This document shows, piece by piece, positions 23,889-32,470 of a stretch of 38,112 bases of DNA. Position 1 is the stretch's first letter. Every line of letters begins with the position of its first letter. The stretch is from a virus: the IMG/VR virus record IMGVR_UViG_3300017440_000005, positions 1 through 38,112 of that record; one strand, written 5' to 3'. Position numbers and translations under genes: made by a program. The notes below the pieces were generated by a model. The model saw only the letters and a program-made list of their open reading frames with translations. It searched no databases and was not told the DNA's origin.

Positions 23889-25058
23889 TTAGACGAGGGC
23901 CGGGACGGCGGTGATCGACGTGACCATGCCGTACTGCGCACCACCGAAGCTGGTCTTGGCGATGCCACGAAGCTCCTCCACGGCCATGCCGGGGCGGAAC
24001 TCATAGTCTTCCTGCCGATCTTCACGGACCTGCGTGCGCTGGCCGTAGCCGACGCAAATGGCCGACTGGCCGCACAGGAAGCCCATTGCGAGGTCGGCGC
24101 TGGACCCACCCGCACCGGGCAGCAGCAACAGGCTGTCGATCTCCGGCACTTCGCGGATCACGACGCCCAGGTACATCAGATCGCCGTCCTGAAAGAGTGG
24201 GTTGCTGTCGACGCCACCAGCCTCACGCGGACGCGACGAGGTGTTGATCTGCACGATCGTCGGGTCCTGCGAGAGCACCGAGAACTCACGGCTCCCCACG
24301 AAGTAGACGAACCACTCGCGACCCGCCGTCATGTCCGACTTGTACGGGCGGATGTTGGTGGTAAAGCCCGTCGTGCTGGCGGTCGGGATTGACTGGCCGG
24401 CGTTCTTGGCGATCGTCTTGAGCAGACGAACGTGCGCTGCCGACGACTGACCCGACGTGGTGTTGACGTTGCCGAGCGAGGTTGCCCAGTTGCCCGACGA
24501 ACCGTTCGAACGCGCATTGCCGAACACGATGCGGTCGCTGTTGTTGGCGAGATAGGTGTTGCGCTGCGATGCGGTCGACAGCGAGTAAAGCACCTGACTA
24601 TCGGTGCCAGGCAGGCCCTTGGTGTCGAGCGTGCCGGGAACGATGATCGACGCCATCGCAAGGATCGCTTCGTCGCGCAGCAGCTCGGACGACCATTGGC
24701 GAAGCTGCGTCTTGGACGCGTTCCACATATCGATCGCGGTGCGGAACGTGGTGCTCTTGGGGAGCTTCACGCCCTGCCTGATCCAGTTGACCGTCACCTT
24801 CGTGTTGGCGAGGCCTAGATCGACCTCATTGCCCTTGAGGATTTCCGACCCGCGAACGCCGCGCCCCTGAATGCGCTGCACCAGCGGGAAATTGACCGTA
24901 TCGCCGGCTTGGGAAACGAGGGTGTAATCCAGCCGGATGATCGACGTGTCTTCGGTGCCCATGTACGGCTTGAGGCCGGACTCGCGGACGTATTCGTAGG
25001 TTAGCTTGGTGGCCCACTCCTGACGCTCAAGCGCAGTGGCCAGTTGAACTTCTGCCAT
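23889..25058 (-). CDS. major capsid protein (HK97 fold, N4 gp56 / DUF4043-like)
   Basis: 389 aa; position after the scaffold gene. The N-terminus ...QEWATKLTYEYVRESGLKPYMGTEDTSIIRLDYTLVSQAGDTVNFPLV fits that capsid family pattern. Confidence 0.75.
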   Translation of the reverse strand: MAEVQLATALERQEWATKLTYEYVRESGLKPYMGTEDTSIIRLDYTLVSQAGDTVNFPLVQRIQGRGVRGSEILKGNEVDLGLANTKVTVNWIRQGVKLPKSTTFRTAIDMWNASKTQLRQWSSELLRDEAILAMASIIVPGTLDTKGLPGTDSQVLYSLSTASQRNTYLANNSDRIVFGNARSNGSSGNWATSLGNVNTTSGQSSAAHVRLLKTIAKNAGQSIPTASTTGFTTNIRPYKSDMTAGREWFVYFVGSREFSVLSQDPTIVQINTSSRPREAGGVDSNPLFQDGDLMYLGVVIREVPEIDSLLLLPGAGGSSADLAMGFLCGQSAICVGYGQRTQVREDRQEDYEFRPGMAVEELRGIAKTSFGGAQYGMVTSITAVPALV

Positions 25059-25061
25059 GTC

Positions 25062-25832
25062 TTACTTCCCAATCATGGAAGCGAGAAAGCCGTCCCGTTC
25101 GCCCTGCGGAGTCACGCGCGAAGCGTCGGTACGCTCCGATGCGATTGACCGCGGGGGTGCAGTAGGCTTTGCCGCCGGTTGAACGACAGCGGCCACGGGG
25201 ACCGCCTCAACGGGCGCGATCTGCGCTGCTATGTCGGGGTTCTTGGCGATGTAATCACGAACGTAATCGTCCATGCTTCGATTGCCGATGTCCGACAGTA
25301 GCGCGTCACGCTTGTGCTGCTGGACAATCCAGTCGACGGGATCGGCTTCTCGCATGTAACCAGCGGCGAACGTCGGGTCCTGCTGTGCGCGCTGCTGCGC
25401 CCACTGAACCGCGGCATCCACCGTGTCGGCCCCATGCTCCTTCCGTGCGAAGCGGTCGCTAATTGCGAAACGCTCCTGGATACGGCCTGTCTCGATGCGC
25501 TGCTCAAGCTGGGCCGCATATCCCTGCGGATCGTCAAAGGGGTCGATCTCAGGACGCCGCTGCTGCTCGCGTTCGCGAGCCTCATAAGCTTCCAGCCGGC
25601 GCTTCAACTCGCGAGCCTCATCACGCTTATCAAGGAACGTCGCCAGCGGAACGTGCTGGGCCTCCTTGGGCGCTTCAGGCTCGGGCGTCAGCTCAGGGAC
25701 GAACTCCGGTTCTGGCTCGGGTTCCGGCTGTACCGGCTCCTCTACCACTTCCTCGACAGGCGCAGTTTCAGGCTCGGCAACAACCGGCTCTTCTTCTGCA
25801 ATCATCCCGCCTAGAAAGTCCTGATCCGCCAT
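25062..25832 (-). CDS. scaffolding protein
   Basis: ATG 25832 preceded by GAGGAGGAG; acidic Pro/Glu-rich N-terminus and helical charged body; lies between portal and capsid. Confidence 0.65.
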   Translation of the reverse strand: MADQDFLGGMIAEEEPVVAEPETAPVEEVVEEPVQPEPEPEPEFVPELTPEPEAPKEAQHVPLATFLDKRDEARELKRRLEAYEAREREQQRRPEIDPFDDPQGYAAQLEQRIETGRIQERFAISDRFARKEHGADTVDAAVQWAQQRAQQDPTFAAGYMREADPVDWIVQQHKRDALLSDIGNRSMDDYVRDYIAKNPDIAAQIAPVEAVPVAAVVQPAAKPTAPPRSIASERTDASRVTPQGERDGFLASMIGK

Positions 25833-25976
25833 CTCGACTCCTCCTCGCCTGTCTCGTCGGCGACCTACGCAGCGCCCGTGCACCGGCGGCGTGGAGGGAG
25901 TTTTCGAGTTCCCCCGCTCGAACACCGCAATTAAGCATAGCGGCGGGACTATTGTCCGAAGCGGGGTAGAGCGTGG

Positions 25977-27923
25977 TCAAGCGGTCGCGGGTGTTTCCTG
26001 CAAGTGATTTGGCAGCAATGCGTCGAGTGCAGATTTTTCCGTTTCCACGCCGATCTGCTGCGCGCGTGCGCCGGCCAATGCCGCCTGCGCATTCTTGTGG
26101 TTGGTGTCAGCCGCTACCTGCTCACCAGTCTGCTGCTGCTTCTGTTCAAGCGCCTGCGTGAGTTGCTGAACCTGCTGCGTTAGCTGCTGGACCTGGTTCT
26201 GCTGCTGCTCGTCGCGGCCCTTTTTGATGAGTTCGAGGATGCGCGTCTTGTCGGCAATCGGTGATGCTTCCACCATCAGTTCGAACGCGGGCGTATATAC
26301 CGTTTCAAGCCCGCCAGCCTGCCCGACTAGCTGGACAAGCTCTGCCCACACTTCCTGCGCCAGCGTGGCGGTGTCCTGCACCGTGTCGAGGATTATATCG
26401 ACATCCATCTCGGCAAGGCGATTGTTGTAGCTTACCACACCCATTGCCGGCACCATCGCGGTCATCGGCTGACCGTCCGGCCCTGCGACCTGCTGCGGCT
26501 GCATCACCATACCCATCTGCGGCTCATTAACCTTGAGCCATTCGGGTGCCCGCACGTCGTCGCTGATGCGGATGAACATCTCGTCCGTCCAGAACTGACG
26601 CGCCCTCGCCCACATCTGGCGATAAACCCGTAGCTCCCAATTGTTCAGCCGCCCGATCGGCCGCGCCAGCTCGGTAAGCCCTGCCTGCTGCGACACCAGC
26701 CGCGCGCGTCCAGACTGCGATCCTGCCTCATTACGCCCGAGCACCGCAGGCGTTGGCCCCATGCGCTCGATCTCGGCTTTCGCCTCTTGATTGCGCACCA
26801 TGTTGGCCTGCGTCAAATCGCTGGTCTGCACGATCGACCAACCCATCGGCAACACGCCGTCTGCTTTGGCCGCTTCCTGACGGGCGATTTCGCTGTCGAC
26901 CGGATTACCACCACTGTTCACGTCGTACTGAACCTGGCGGCTGTTCATCAGGTGCAACGAGCGCGACCGGCTGGCGTTGATCTCGTCCTGGATCGGCATC
27001 ATGTCGTCAACGATGCCGTAGCGGCCGTTGTCTAGGTCGACGTAGCACGATGTGGCTTCAATCGGGTTGGTGGGCTGACCCTTCTCATCAACGTAGGGTG
27101 ACGGCCCGTATTCAAGGTGCCCGCCAGCGATGTAAACGATGCGCTTCCACTCGCCATCCTCAATTGCGTACTCCTCGCAAAGCAGCAGACGACGACGACG
27201 CGTGTTGATCCAGCCCATGCCCTGATCGCCCCGGTCCTCGAACGTCTCTGAGAACATCGTCTCGCCCTGTGGGTTCATCGGGTCGCCGATCTTGCCCAGC
27301 CGGTCAGCCCAGCGCTTACGGATCATGTCGGCGTCGACCCACTTCGCGATGCCCATGTAGCGTGCGTCTAGGAAGTCGTGACGCCGGCTATACGGGTCGC
27401 AGTAGAACTCCTCCCACCTGATCTGCGTGGGGCTAATTTCGTCTCCGTCCATCTCCACAATGACAGCGCCCGCGCCTTCAATGAAATGGTTCTCACCGAC
27501 GTTCAGCTTGACGTTGGCGAAGTCGGCCTTGTCAGCGATGAACCGCAACACCTTCGTGACGACATCGGCGCTATCCTGATCCTGTGGATTGCGCGGATAT
27601 GCCTGCGGGTCGCTGCGGGCCTGCTCCAGCACGCCAAGGATGCCATTGACGGCAGGGCGCACCCGGTTCGTGTAGATCGCCGGCTGAGCGCGTAGCCGCA
27701 GCGTATTGCGCACCTCGCTAGTAAGCTGACCGGGGCCGTCGTAATACTCCCGCGCCTTCTTGGACTTGCTGCGTCGGCCGTTCGGATCAGATCGCGCCTC
27801 TTCCGCCCTACGCCGTAGCTCCTCGATACGTGGCGGCGTGCCCTTGATGTATTCGGGCAGCGTTTGCGTCTCGCCAGTGATGGCGATACCGTCGCGGTTC
27901 TCGTCTTCCAAGCGTTCAAGCAT
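25977..27923 (-). CDS. portal protein (P22-like, with C-terminal Gln-rich helical barrel)
   Basis: 648 aa after TerL; C-terminal DEQQQNQVQQLTQQVQQLTQALEQKQQQ resembles the P22 portal barrel. Confidence 0.8.
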   Translation of the reverse strand: MLERLEDENRDGIAITGETQTLPEYIKGTPPRIEELRRRAEEARSDPNGRRSKSKKAREYYDGPGQLTSEVRNTLRLRAQPAIYTNRVRPAVNGILGVLEQARSDPQAYPRNPQDQDSADVVTKVLRFIADKADFANVKLNVGENHFIEGAGAVIVEMDGDEISPTQIRWEEFYCDPYSRRHDFLDARYMGIAKWVDADMIRKRWADRLGKIGDPMNPQGETMFSETFEDRGDQGMGWINTRRRRLLLCEEYAIEDGEWKRIVYIAGGHLEYGPSPYVDEKGQPTNPIEATSCYVDLDNGRYGIVDDMMPIQDEINASRSRSLHLMNSRQVQYDVNSGGNPVDSEIARQEAAKADGVLPMGWSIVQTSDLTQANMVRNQEAKAEIERMGPTPAVLGRNEAGSQSGRARLVSQQAGLTELARPIGRLNNWELRVYRQMWARARQFWTDEMFIRISDDVRAPEWLKVNEPQMGMVMQPQQVAGPDGQPMTAMVPAMGVVSYNNRLAEMDVDIILDTVQDTATLAQEVWAELVQLVGQAGGLETVYTPAFELMVEASPIADKTRILELIKKGRDEQQQNQVQQLTQQVQQLTQALEQKQQQTGEQVAADTNHKNAQAALAGARAQQIGVETEKSALDALLPNHLQETPATA

Positions 27924-27946
27924 AGCGACGGGAATTGTCGGTTACG

Positions 27947-29401
27947 TCAACCCCAGGCGCTAGTGCCGTTGGCCTGTTTACGCGGGCGGTAGTCACCGGG
28001 CCGCGGACTATTCGAAGGCACGACTTGCCGCACAATAGCGGGATGCATGTCGTCCAGTGCACGTCCGATCAACGAAGCGGTGTCCACATCATCGTCATGC
28101 TTGCCGGCGGGGAACATCAGGTACTCGCTGATGTCTGCGCCCGGCTCGAACCGCACCTTGCCCATTGCAGCACGAGCTTGAAACCCACGGGCGCGCGTCG
28201 GCTTGTCGCTGATGCTGGACAACCACTCCAAGCGGCAGAACACTTTACGCTCCACCATACGACGGCGCAGCATCGGCTCAATCGCCTTTTGGATCACACC
28301 CGCCTCACCGAACCATGCCAGCGGCTTGTGCTTTTCGATCAGGTCGATCTTGCGGTCGATCCACACGTCGGACGTGGACTGCCCGCGCCACCCGTCGACG
28401 CGATAGATAATCCCGTCCTCATCAACGCCCCATATGCGGTGAACGGTGTAGTCACCGCCACCATCAGTCACAGCATAATCGCTGGTCCCGTACAGATTGA
28501 GCGGGGGTAGTTTGTCCCATTCCTTGAACCAGTCGCGCTGGAAGTAGGTGCCCTCGTCGGGCTGCGGTTGCTGCTGATAAAGTGCTGACCACTCACGCTG
28601 CCCTACCGTGTCGCGGATACGCTCCAACGCCGGTACGGGATACCATGCAGGCCACAGAGCCTCACCAGCCGCATTGATGGCGGGAAGCTCCAGTACGGTC
28701 CACTGATCGCCCTCCTGCTCCAGCAACCGCCCTGCGAGGTCGTCCTCGTGCCAGCGCGTCTGAATGAGCACGATCGCGCCGCCAGGCATCAAGCGCGTGT
28801 AAAGCGTCGAACGATACCAATCCCACACCAACTCCCGCCGTCGTTCGCTGTCGGCTTCCTCACGATCCTTGAACGGGTCGTCTATCAGCGCGATGTCGGC
28901 ACCACGCCCGGTCACTGCCGTGCCAACACCAGCCGCCACATACGTTCCGCCGCGGTTCGTGTTCATGCGATTGGCGGCTTGACTATCTGGTGCAAGGCTG
29001 ACCCCGCTGAACACCTGCGCGAACTCGGGCGCTGCGACGATGTTGCGCACGTTGCGGCCAAAGTCCGAAGCAAGGTCGCTGTTGTAGCTTGCTGCGATGA
29101 TCTGCCGGCGCGGATTGCGCCCGAGACACCATGCCGGAAACCGCTTTGATGCCAGCTCCGACTTACCGTGCCGTGGCGGCATGAAGATCATGAGCCGATC
29201 GATCTCGCCCCGCTCCACCGCTTCTAAGTGCTCAGCAATGCGCTGGTGATGTCCTGCCGGTACGTAGGTCTCGTTCGTGTACTCAGTGAACGCGAGTAGC
29301 CGACGCCTCGCCAGTTGCTTCCTCAGTCCCTCCAGTTCGGCCAGCGAGGAAAGGAGCGACTGCCGATGTGAGACGCTGGATACGCTCTGCAAGCTCGTCA
29401 T
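27947..29401 (-). CDS. terL: terminase large subunit
   Basis: Walker A-like FMPPRHGKSE, Walker B IALIDDPFKD, a coupling motif and a C-terminal nuclease region. Confidence 0.85.
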   Translation of the reverse strand: MTSLQSVSSVSHRQSLLSSLAELEGLRKQLARRRLLAFTEYTNETYVPAGHHQRIAEHLEAVERGEIDRLMIFMPPRHGKSELASKRFPAWCLGRNPRRQIIAASYNSDLASDFGRNVRNIVAAPEFAQVFSGVSLAPDSQAANRMNTNRGGTYVAAGVGTAVTGRGADIALIDDPFKDREEADSERRRELVWDWYRSTLYTRLMPGGAIVLIQTRWHEDDLAGRLLEQEGDQWTVLELPAINAAGEALWPAWYPVPALERIRDTVGQREWSALYQQQPQPDEGTYFQRDWFKEWDKLPPLNLYGTSDYAVTDGGGDYTVHRIWGVDEDGIIYRVDGWRGQSTSDVWIDRKIDLIEKHKPLAWFGEAGVIQKAIEPMLRRRMVERKVFCRLEWLSSISDKPTRARGFQARAAMGKVRFEPGADISEYLMFPAGKHDDDVDTASLIGRALDDMHPAIVRQVVPSNSPRPGDYRPRKQANGTSAWG

Positions 29402-29663
29402 CGCTCATCTCGCTAGTGTCATCGGTGATGTTGAGGTTCACGTCCTTCGGCAACAGACTGGCGATCACCTTGAGGTACTGATCAGGCTTCTCGTCGCGGG
29501 TCTTCTGAATGGCCTCAACGCCGTGCTTGTTGAAGTCGTCGTGCAGCGCTTCAATGAACGCCTCGCCTAGCTTGTTGCGTGCGCCTTTGGGTCTGCCAGG
29601 CCCGCCATTATTGCCCGGTACAAATCGGCCCTTCTCATCCTGACGCGGAAGGTCGCTATCCAT
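29283..29663 (-). CDS. terS: terminase small subunit candidate (DUF5681-like)
   Basis: KGRFVPGNNGGPGRPKGARNK motif; located directly upstream of TerL and overlaps it by about 119 nt. Confidence 0.55.
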   Translation of the reverse strand: MDSDLPRQDEKGRFVPGNNGGPGRPKGARNKLGEAFIEALHDDFNKHGVEAIQKTRDEKPDQYLKVIASLLPKDVNLNITDDTSEMSDDELAERIQRLTSAVAPFLAGRTGGTEEATGEASATRVH

Positions 29664-29815
29664 CACATAAACCAACTCGCTACGATGGCAGCAGACGCTA
29701 CCCACGACGCGCGTCCAATCCACACGATTGCCATCGCAGCAGTCACAGCGCCTCGCCCATGCGGAGCGAACAGCTTGCGTAACTGGCGATCGTTTTCAGC
29801 GGCATTCGCAATCAT
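29663..29815 (-). CDS. small membrane protein (50 aa)
   Basis: ATG 29815 in ATGA overlap with the upstream stop; its stop shares 1 nt with the TerS ATG; hydrophobic C-terminus. Confidence 0.35.
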   Translation of the reverse strand: MIANAAENDRQLRKLFAPHGRGAVTAAMAIVWIGRASWVASAAIVASWFM

Positions 29816-30099
29816 TCCCAATTTCCGTACCCTCCAGTCCGCAAGCACGTCCCGAGGTCGAACCGGTCGTCCAAGTCCTCTATCCGCTCTTGTGCGTACC
29901 ACCGCTTGCGAGCGCGTTTCACAGCAGCAGCGGGCGCGCGTTTAGGCATAGTCGGGCGATTGTACCTCGCACCGATCGTTTGTCGCCATCGCTCGATTGT
30001 AGCCCCACCTACCCCATAACGGACGCGGAGGCGTAGATTGCCTTCTATGCTAGCATATCGAGCAAAGTCCTCCGGGACCGGGAGAGTAGGGCGCGGCAT
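29812..30099 (-). CDS. hypothetical basic protein, possible DNA-binding
   Basis: 95 aa; TAATG coupling upstream; Arg/Lys-rich centre. Confidence 0.5.
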   Translation of the reverse strand: MPRPTLPVPEDFARYASIEGNLRLRVRYGVGGATIERWRQTIGARYNRPTMPKRAPAAAVKRARKRWYAQERIEDLDDRFDLGTCLRTGGYGNWE

Positions 30100-30239
30100 T
30101 ACAGCTCCACCTCGTGATTACGATATGCGCCTCTAGTGAACCGGCTGTTCCAAGAGTGTGTACGAGCGTTCCACATCACTTCTGCTCTCTGCCGCGCAAT
30201 GGCCTCGCGGAGTTTGATGAGTTCGTTATCCTCGGTCAT
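30099..30239 (-). CDS. small ORF (46 aa), below the track threshold
   Basis: Hand translation gives [46 protein letters not shown]. Its ATG overlaps the exonuclease stop (ATGA) and its TAA overlaps the next ATG. Confidence 0.45.
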   Translation of the reverse strand: MTEDNELIKLREAIARQRAEVMWNARTHSWNSRFTRGAYRNHEVEL

Positions 30240-30706
30240 GCGTGGCCTCCGAACGATCCAGGAAACAGCCGCTCACGAAGCGCAAAGGCATCCCAGAGCG
30301 CATTGTGCTGCACCGCGCCGTCAAGCGTGGTTGGGTATGCGTCGACCCGCACGATGTCGAACTGCATTCGGGGTATCGCGGCCATCTGACCCGGCCCGGT
30401 AATCACGGCTTGGCACAGGTAGCGCACGTCATCGGGCCAGTCGGTGATTATGTACGGAACACTGCCGCTACGCGCGGCGAAGAAGTCCGCGATCAGCTTA
30501 GCCCCTTCCGCCTGGGTGACACGGTGCACATCGCGGCCAGCGGGAACATCATCCATGATCGGCCATACGTTCTCAGCCACCCACGGCCCGAGCTTCGCCG
30601 GTTCGGGATAGCGAAGATAGAGAGCGTCACCATCGGCGCGGACGAGAGCGAGGCTTAGCAACTCCCCGCCAAACTCGTTGAACTCGGTATCGAGAAAATA
30701 CCTCAT
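30236..30706 (-). CDS. DEDD 3'-5' exo(ribo)nuclease, Rv2179c-like
   Basis: [30 protein letters not shown] parallels Rv2179c MRYFYDTEFIEDGRTIELISIGVVAEDGREYY; distal HNALWDA motif. Confidence 0.75.
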   Translation of the reverse strand: MRYFLDTEFNEFGGELLSLALVRADGDALYLRYPEPAKLGPWVAENVWPIMDDVPAGRDVHRVTQAEGAKLIADFFAARSGSVPYIITDWPDDVRYLCQAVITGPGQMAAIPRMQFDIVRVDAYPTTLDGAVQHNALWDAFALRERLFPGSFGGHA

Positions 30707-30978
30707 GCGTTCTCTCCCTTAGTAAGGGATTGCAAACCAAGACTTTCTTTCAGTTCGGCGGCAATCGCAGCGGCGATGTCCTTGCCATCTTGCGGGGGCG
30801 TCGTGCTGACATAGAACACGCCGATTGAGGTAGAGCGCTCCGTGGCTTCTACTACCATGATGGTTGCACACAAACCGGTGCACTCGTCGCAAATGCAAAT
30901 CTTGTCAGGTCCGGCGACAAGCTTCTTTACCTCATGCTGCGTTTTCATGCAGAACGAACACCGTAGTACGTCACTCAT
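30703..30978 (-). CDS. standalone ClpX-type C4 zinc-finger (ZBD) protein
   Basis: [36 protein letters not shown] versus E. coli ClpX [36 protein letters not shown]; no AAA+ module follows. Confidence 0.8.
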   Translation of the reverse strand: MSDVLRCSFCMKTQHEVKKLVAGPDKICICDECTGLCATIMVVEATERSTSIGVFYVSTTPPQDGKDIAAAIAAELKESLGLQSLTKGENA

Positions 30979-31543
30979 GTGCCGTGCCTCCCGCTGCTAG
31001 AGTGAAGGCGTCGGCTTCGAGAACGCGGCCGCGCTTGATGGCGGTGAGGGCTGCGCGAACGTCCCAATCGCCATCTTTCTGACCATCGCGGGTCCCAGCT
31101 ATGCTTTCCATCTCAAACCCGCCCTCAGCATCCATCGCATCCGCGACGATCCGCCTCGCTTCGATCAAATCAGGGTCTATCGGGTCTACTGGCTTAGGTA
31201 GATCGGATAGTAGTTCAGCAGCTTGTGGACCGACCATTGGGTGATCTGACGCGATTGTCAGGACATGACGCAGCATGTTAAACTTCGCGCGGTCCATCTC
31301 CATCCGCTGTGTTAGTTCCTCATTAGAGGGGGTGGAGGACTTGGCGGAGGTGACGTTGCGGATGCGCCAAGGCCCGCCTGACCAGCTCTCGCCGCCCACC
31401 TCGAAAATAGAGTACATATCATTCAAGACAGGCTCGACATGATAGTCGCCGTCCTGATCAATCTTCACAACTTTGACGCGAACAGTTCGCCCATCTTCAG
31501 TGTTGAAGGCTTCCAGCCGCTCAGACCAGTCAGGTTTACCCAC
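30971..31543 (-). CDS. hypothetical protein (190 aa)
   Basis: GTG start preceded by AGGGAG; no family recognised. Confidence 0.5.
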   Translation of the reverse strand: MGKPDWSERLEAFNTEDGRTVRVKVVKIDQDGDYHVEPVLNDMYSIFEVGGESWSGGPWRIRNVTSAKSSTPSNEELTQRMEMDRAKFNMLRHVLTIASDHPMVGPQAAELLSDLPKPVDPIDPDLIEARRIVADAMDAEGGFEMESIAGTRDGQKDGDWDVRAALTAIKRGRVLEADAFTLAAGGTAHE

Positions 31544-31593
31544 GTGCCATCTCCCTATTTGCTATAGCAGAACTTGCGCGCAACACCAAAGCA

Positions 31594-31776
31594 TTATGCA
31601 GATGCGCGCCAGTATTCTTCGATGTCCCAAGCAGATTGTCCGAAGTCCCACGGCTTCCACCGCCAAGCACTGACCTTGCGAGGTCCGTCCACGATCCCAT
31701 TGCGAAAGCGGACATAGACCAGCGCATCTTGATCTCGTGGCGATCGGCCGTGGTTGATGTGGCGATCATGCTGCAC
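31594..31776 (-). CDS. small W-rich hypothetical protein (60 aa); frame uncertain
   Basis: GTG 31776 gives ...ALVYVRFRNGIVDGPRKVSAWRWKPWDFGQSAWDIEEYWRASA and leaves a 50-nt spacer with SD before the next gene. A competing frame, 31536..31769, starts in an ATGA overlap. Confidence 0.3.
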   Translation of the reverse strand: MQHDRHINHGRSPRDQDALVYVRFRNGIVDGPRKVSAWRWKPWDFGQSAWDIEEYWRASA

Positions 31777-32470
31777 GGCTCTGCGTCCGGCGCAGGATGT
31801 GCTGCACCAAGTCATTCGGCGTACTTGCAGCCGGTCGTGCCGATGCTGCCAGACGGCGCGGCATCCACTCAACCGGATTGCTGATCCGACGCGCCTGGCA
31901 GTCCAGCAGGGCTTCCAGCACCCGAGCGTCGGTGTTCTCTTTGCGCCAGCGGCCCACGATGGAGCGGGCGGCGCGATCATTCTGTCCCGAAGCGACCAAG
32001 AGGGCGACACCGATCTCCCAGATCAATGCAACCGTGTCAGTGGGCGGAACGCCTCCTTCGTTAGAAGGAGTATCTTGTTTCATTTGTTCTTGTGTGGTCC
32101 TTTGCTGGTCCTTTGCTGGTCCCTCTCGCTCTGCAATCTGCTGATATTTGTCGTAGTTACATACAGTTAGGATGGTCCCTGACTGGTCCCGATGCGCGCG
32201 GACCATTGAATGCGCTTCAAGCCGCTCAATGAACCGGCGCACACGCTTCTTGTCCCACTGAAACGCCGTGGCGAGAGCGCGATCGGATATGCTGATCTGC
32301 CCCCGCTCAAGAGTGACAACCTGCCCCTGCCCGCCTGTGCGACGGAGCGGCTTGTAGGCGGTGTGCTCAATGATCCACAGCCACGCGTCCTCATCGGCCA
32401 TGGGATCGCGGCGCGGCTCGAAAGCCTCACAGTCGCGCCAGCCGCGATGGAGAGCTAACCACCCGCTCAT
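31766..32470 (-). CDS. replication initiator / replisome organiser (lambda O-like)
   Basis: ATG 32470 (ATGA overlap with the DnaB stop); N-terminal winged-helix-like region (ISDRALATAFQWDKKRVRRFIERLEAHSMV); iterons and an AT-rich tract lie inside the gene. Confidence 0.6.
   Translation of the reverse strand: MSGWLALHRGWRDCEAFEPRRDPMADEDAWLWIIEHTAYKPLRRTGGQGQVVTLERGQISISDRALATAFQWDKKRVRRFIERLEAHSMVRAHRDQSGTILTVCNYDKYQQIAEREGPAKDQQRTTQEQMKQDTPSNEGGVPPTDTVALIWEIGVALLVASGQNDRAARSIVGRWRKENTDARVLEALLDCQARRISNPVEWMPRRLAASARPAASTPNDLVQHILRRTQSRAA
32052..32203. repeat. putative origin of replication: iterons, AT-rich spacer and a palindrome
   Basis: CTGGTCC-type repeats at 32095, 32106, 32117 (11-bp phasing) and at 32173, 32184 (11-bp phasing); inverted GGACC at 32199; AT-rich 32131-32170; palindrome CTCCTTC-GTTA-GAAGGAG at 32052-32069. 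Confidence 0.55.

Noticed and set aside
25833-25925. N-terminal extension of the scaffold ORF (track start 25925); similar extensions for 16361-17161, 36115-36456, 35480-36325, 31766-32545 and 8246-8533
   Set aside because: Internal ATGs with strong SD sequences or ATGA/TGATG coupling to the upstream stop give compact, coupled genes. The extensions are Arg-rich and overlap the neighbouring genes.
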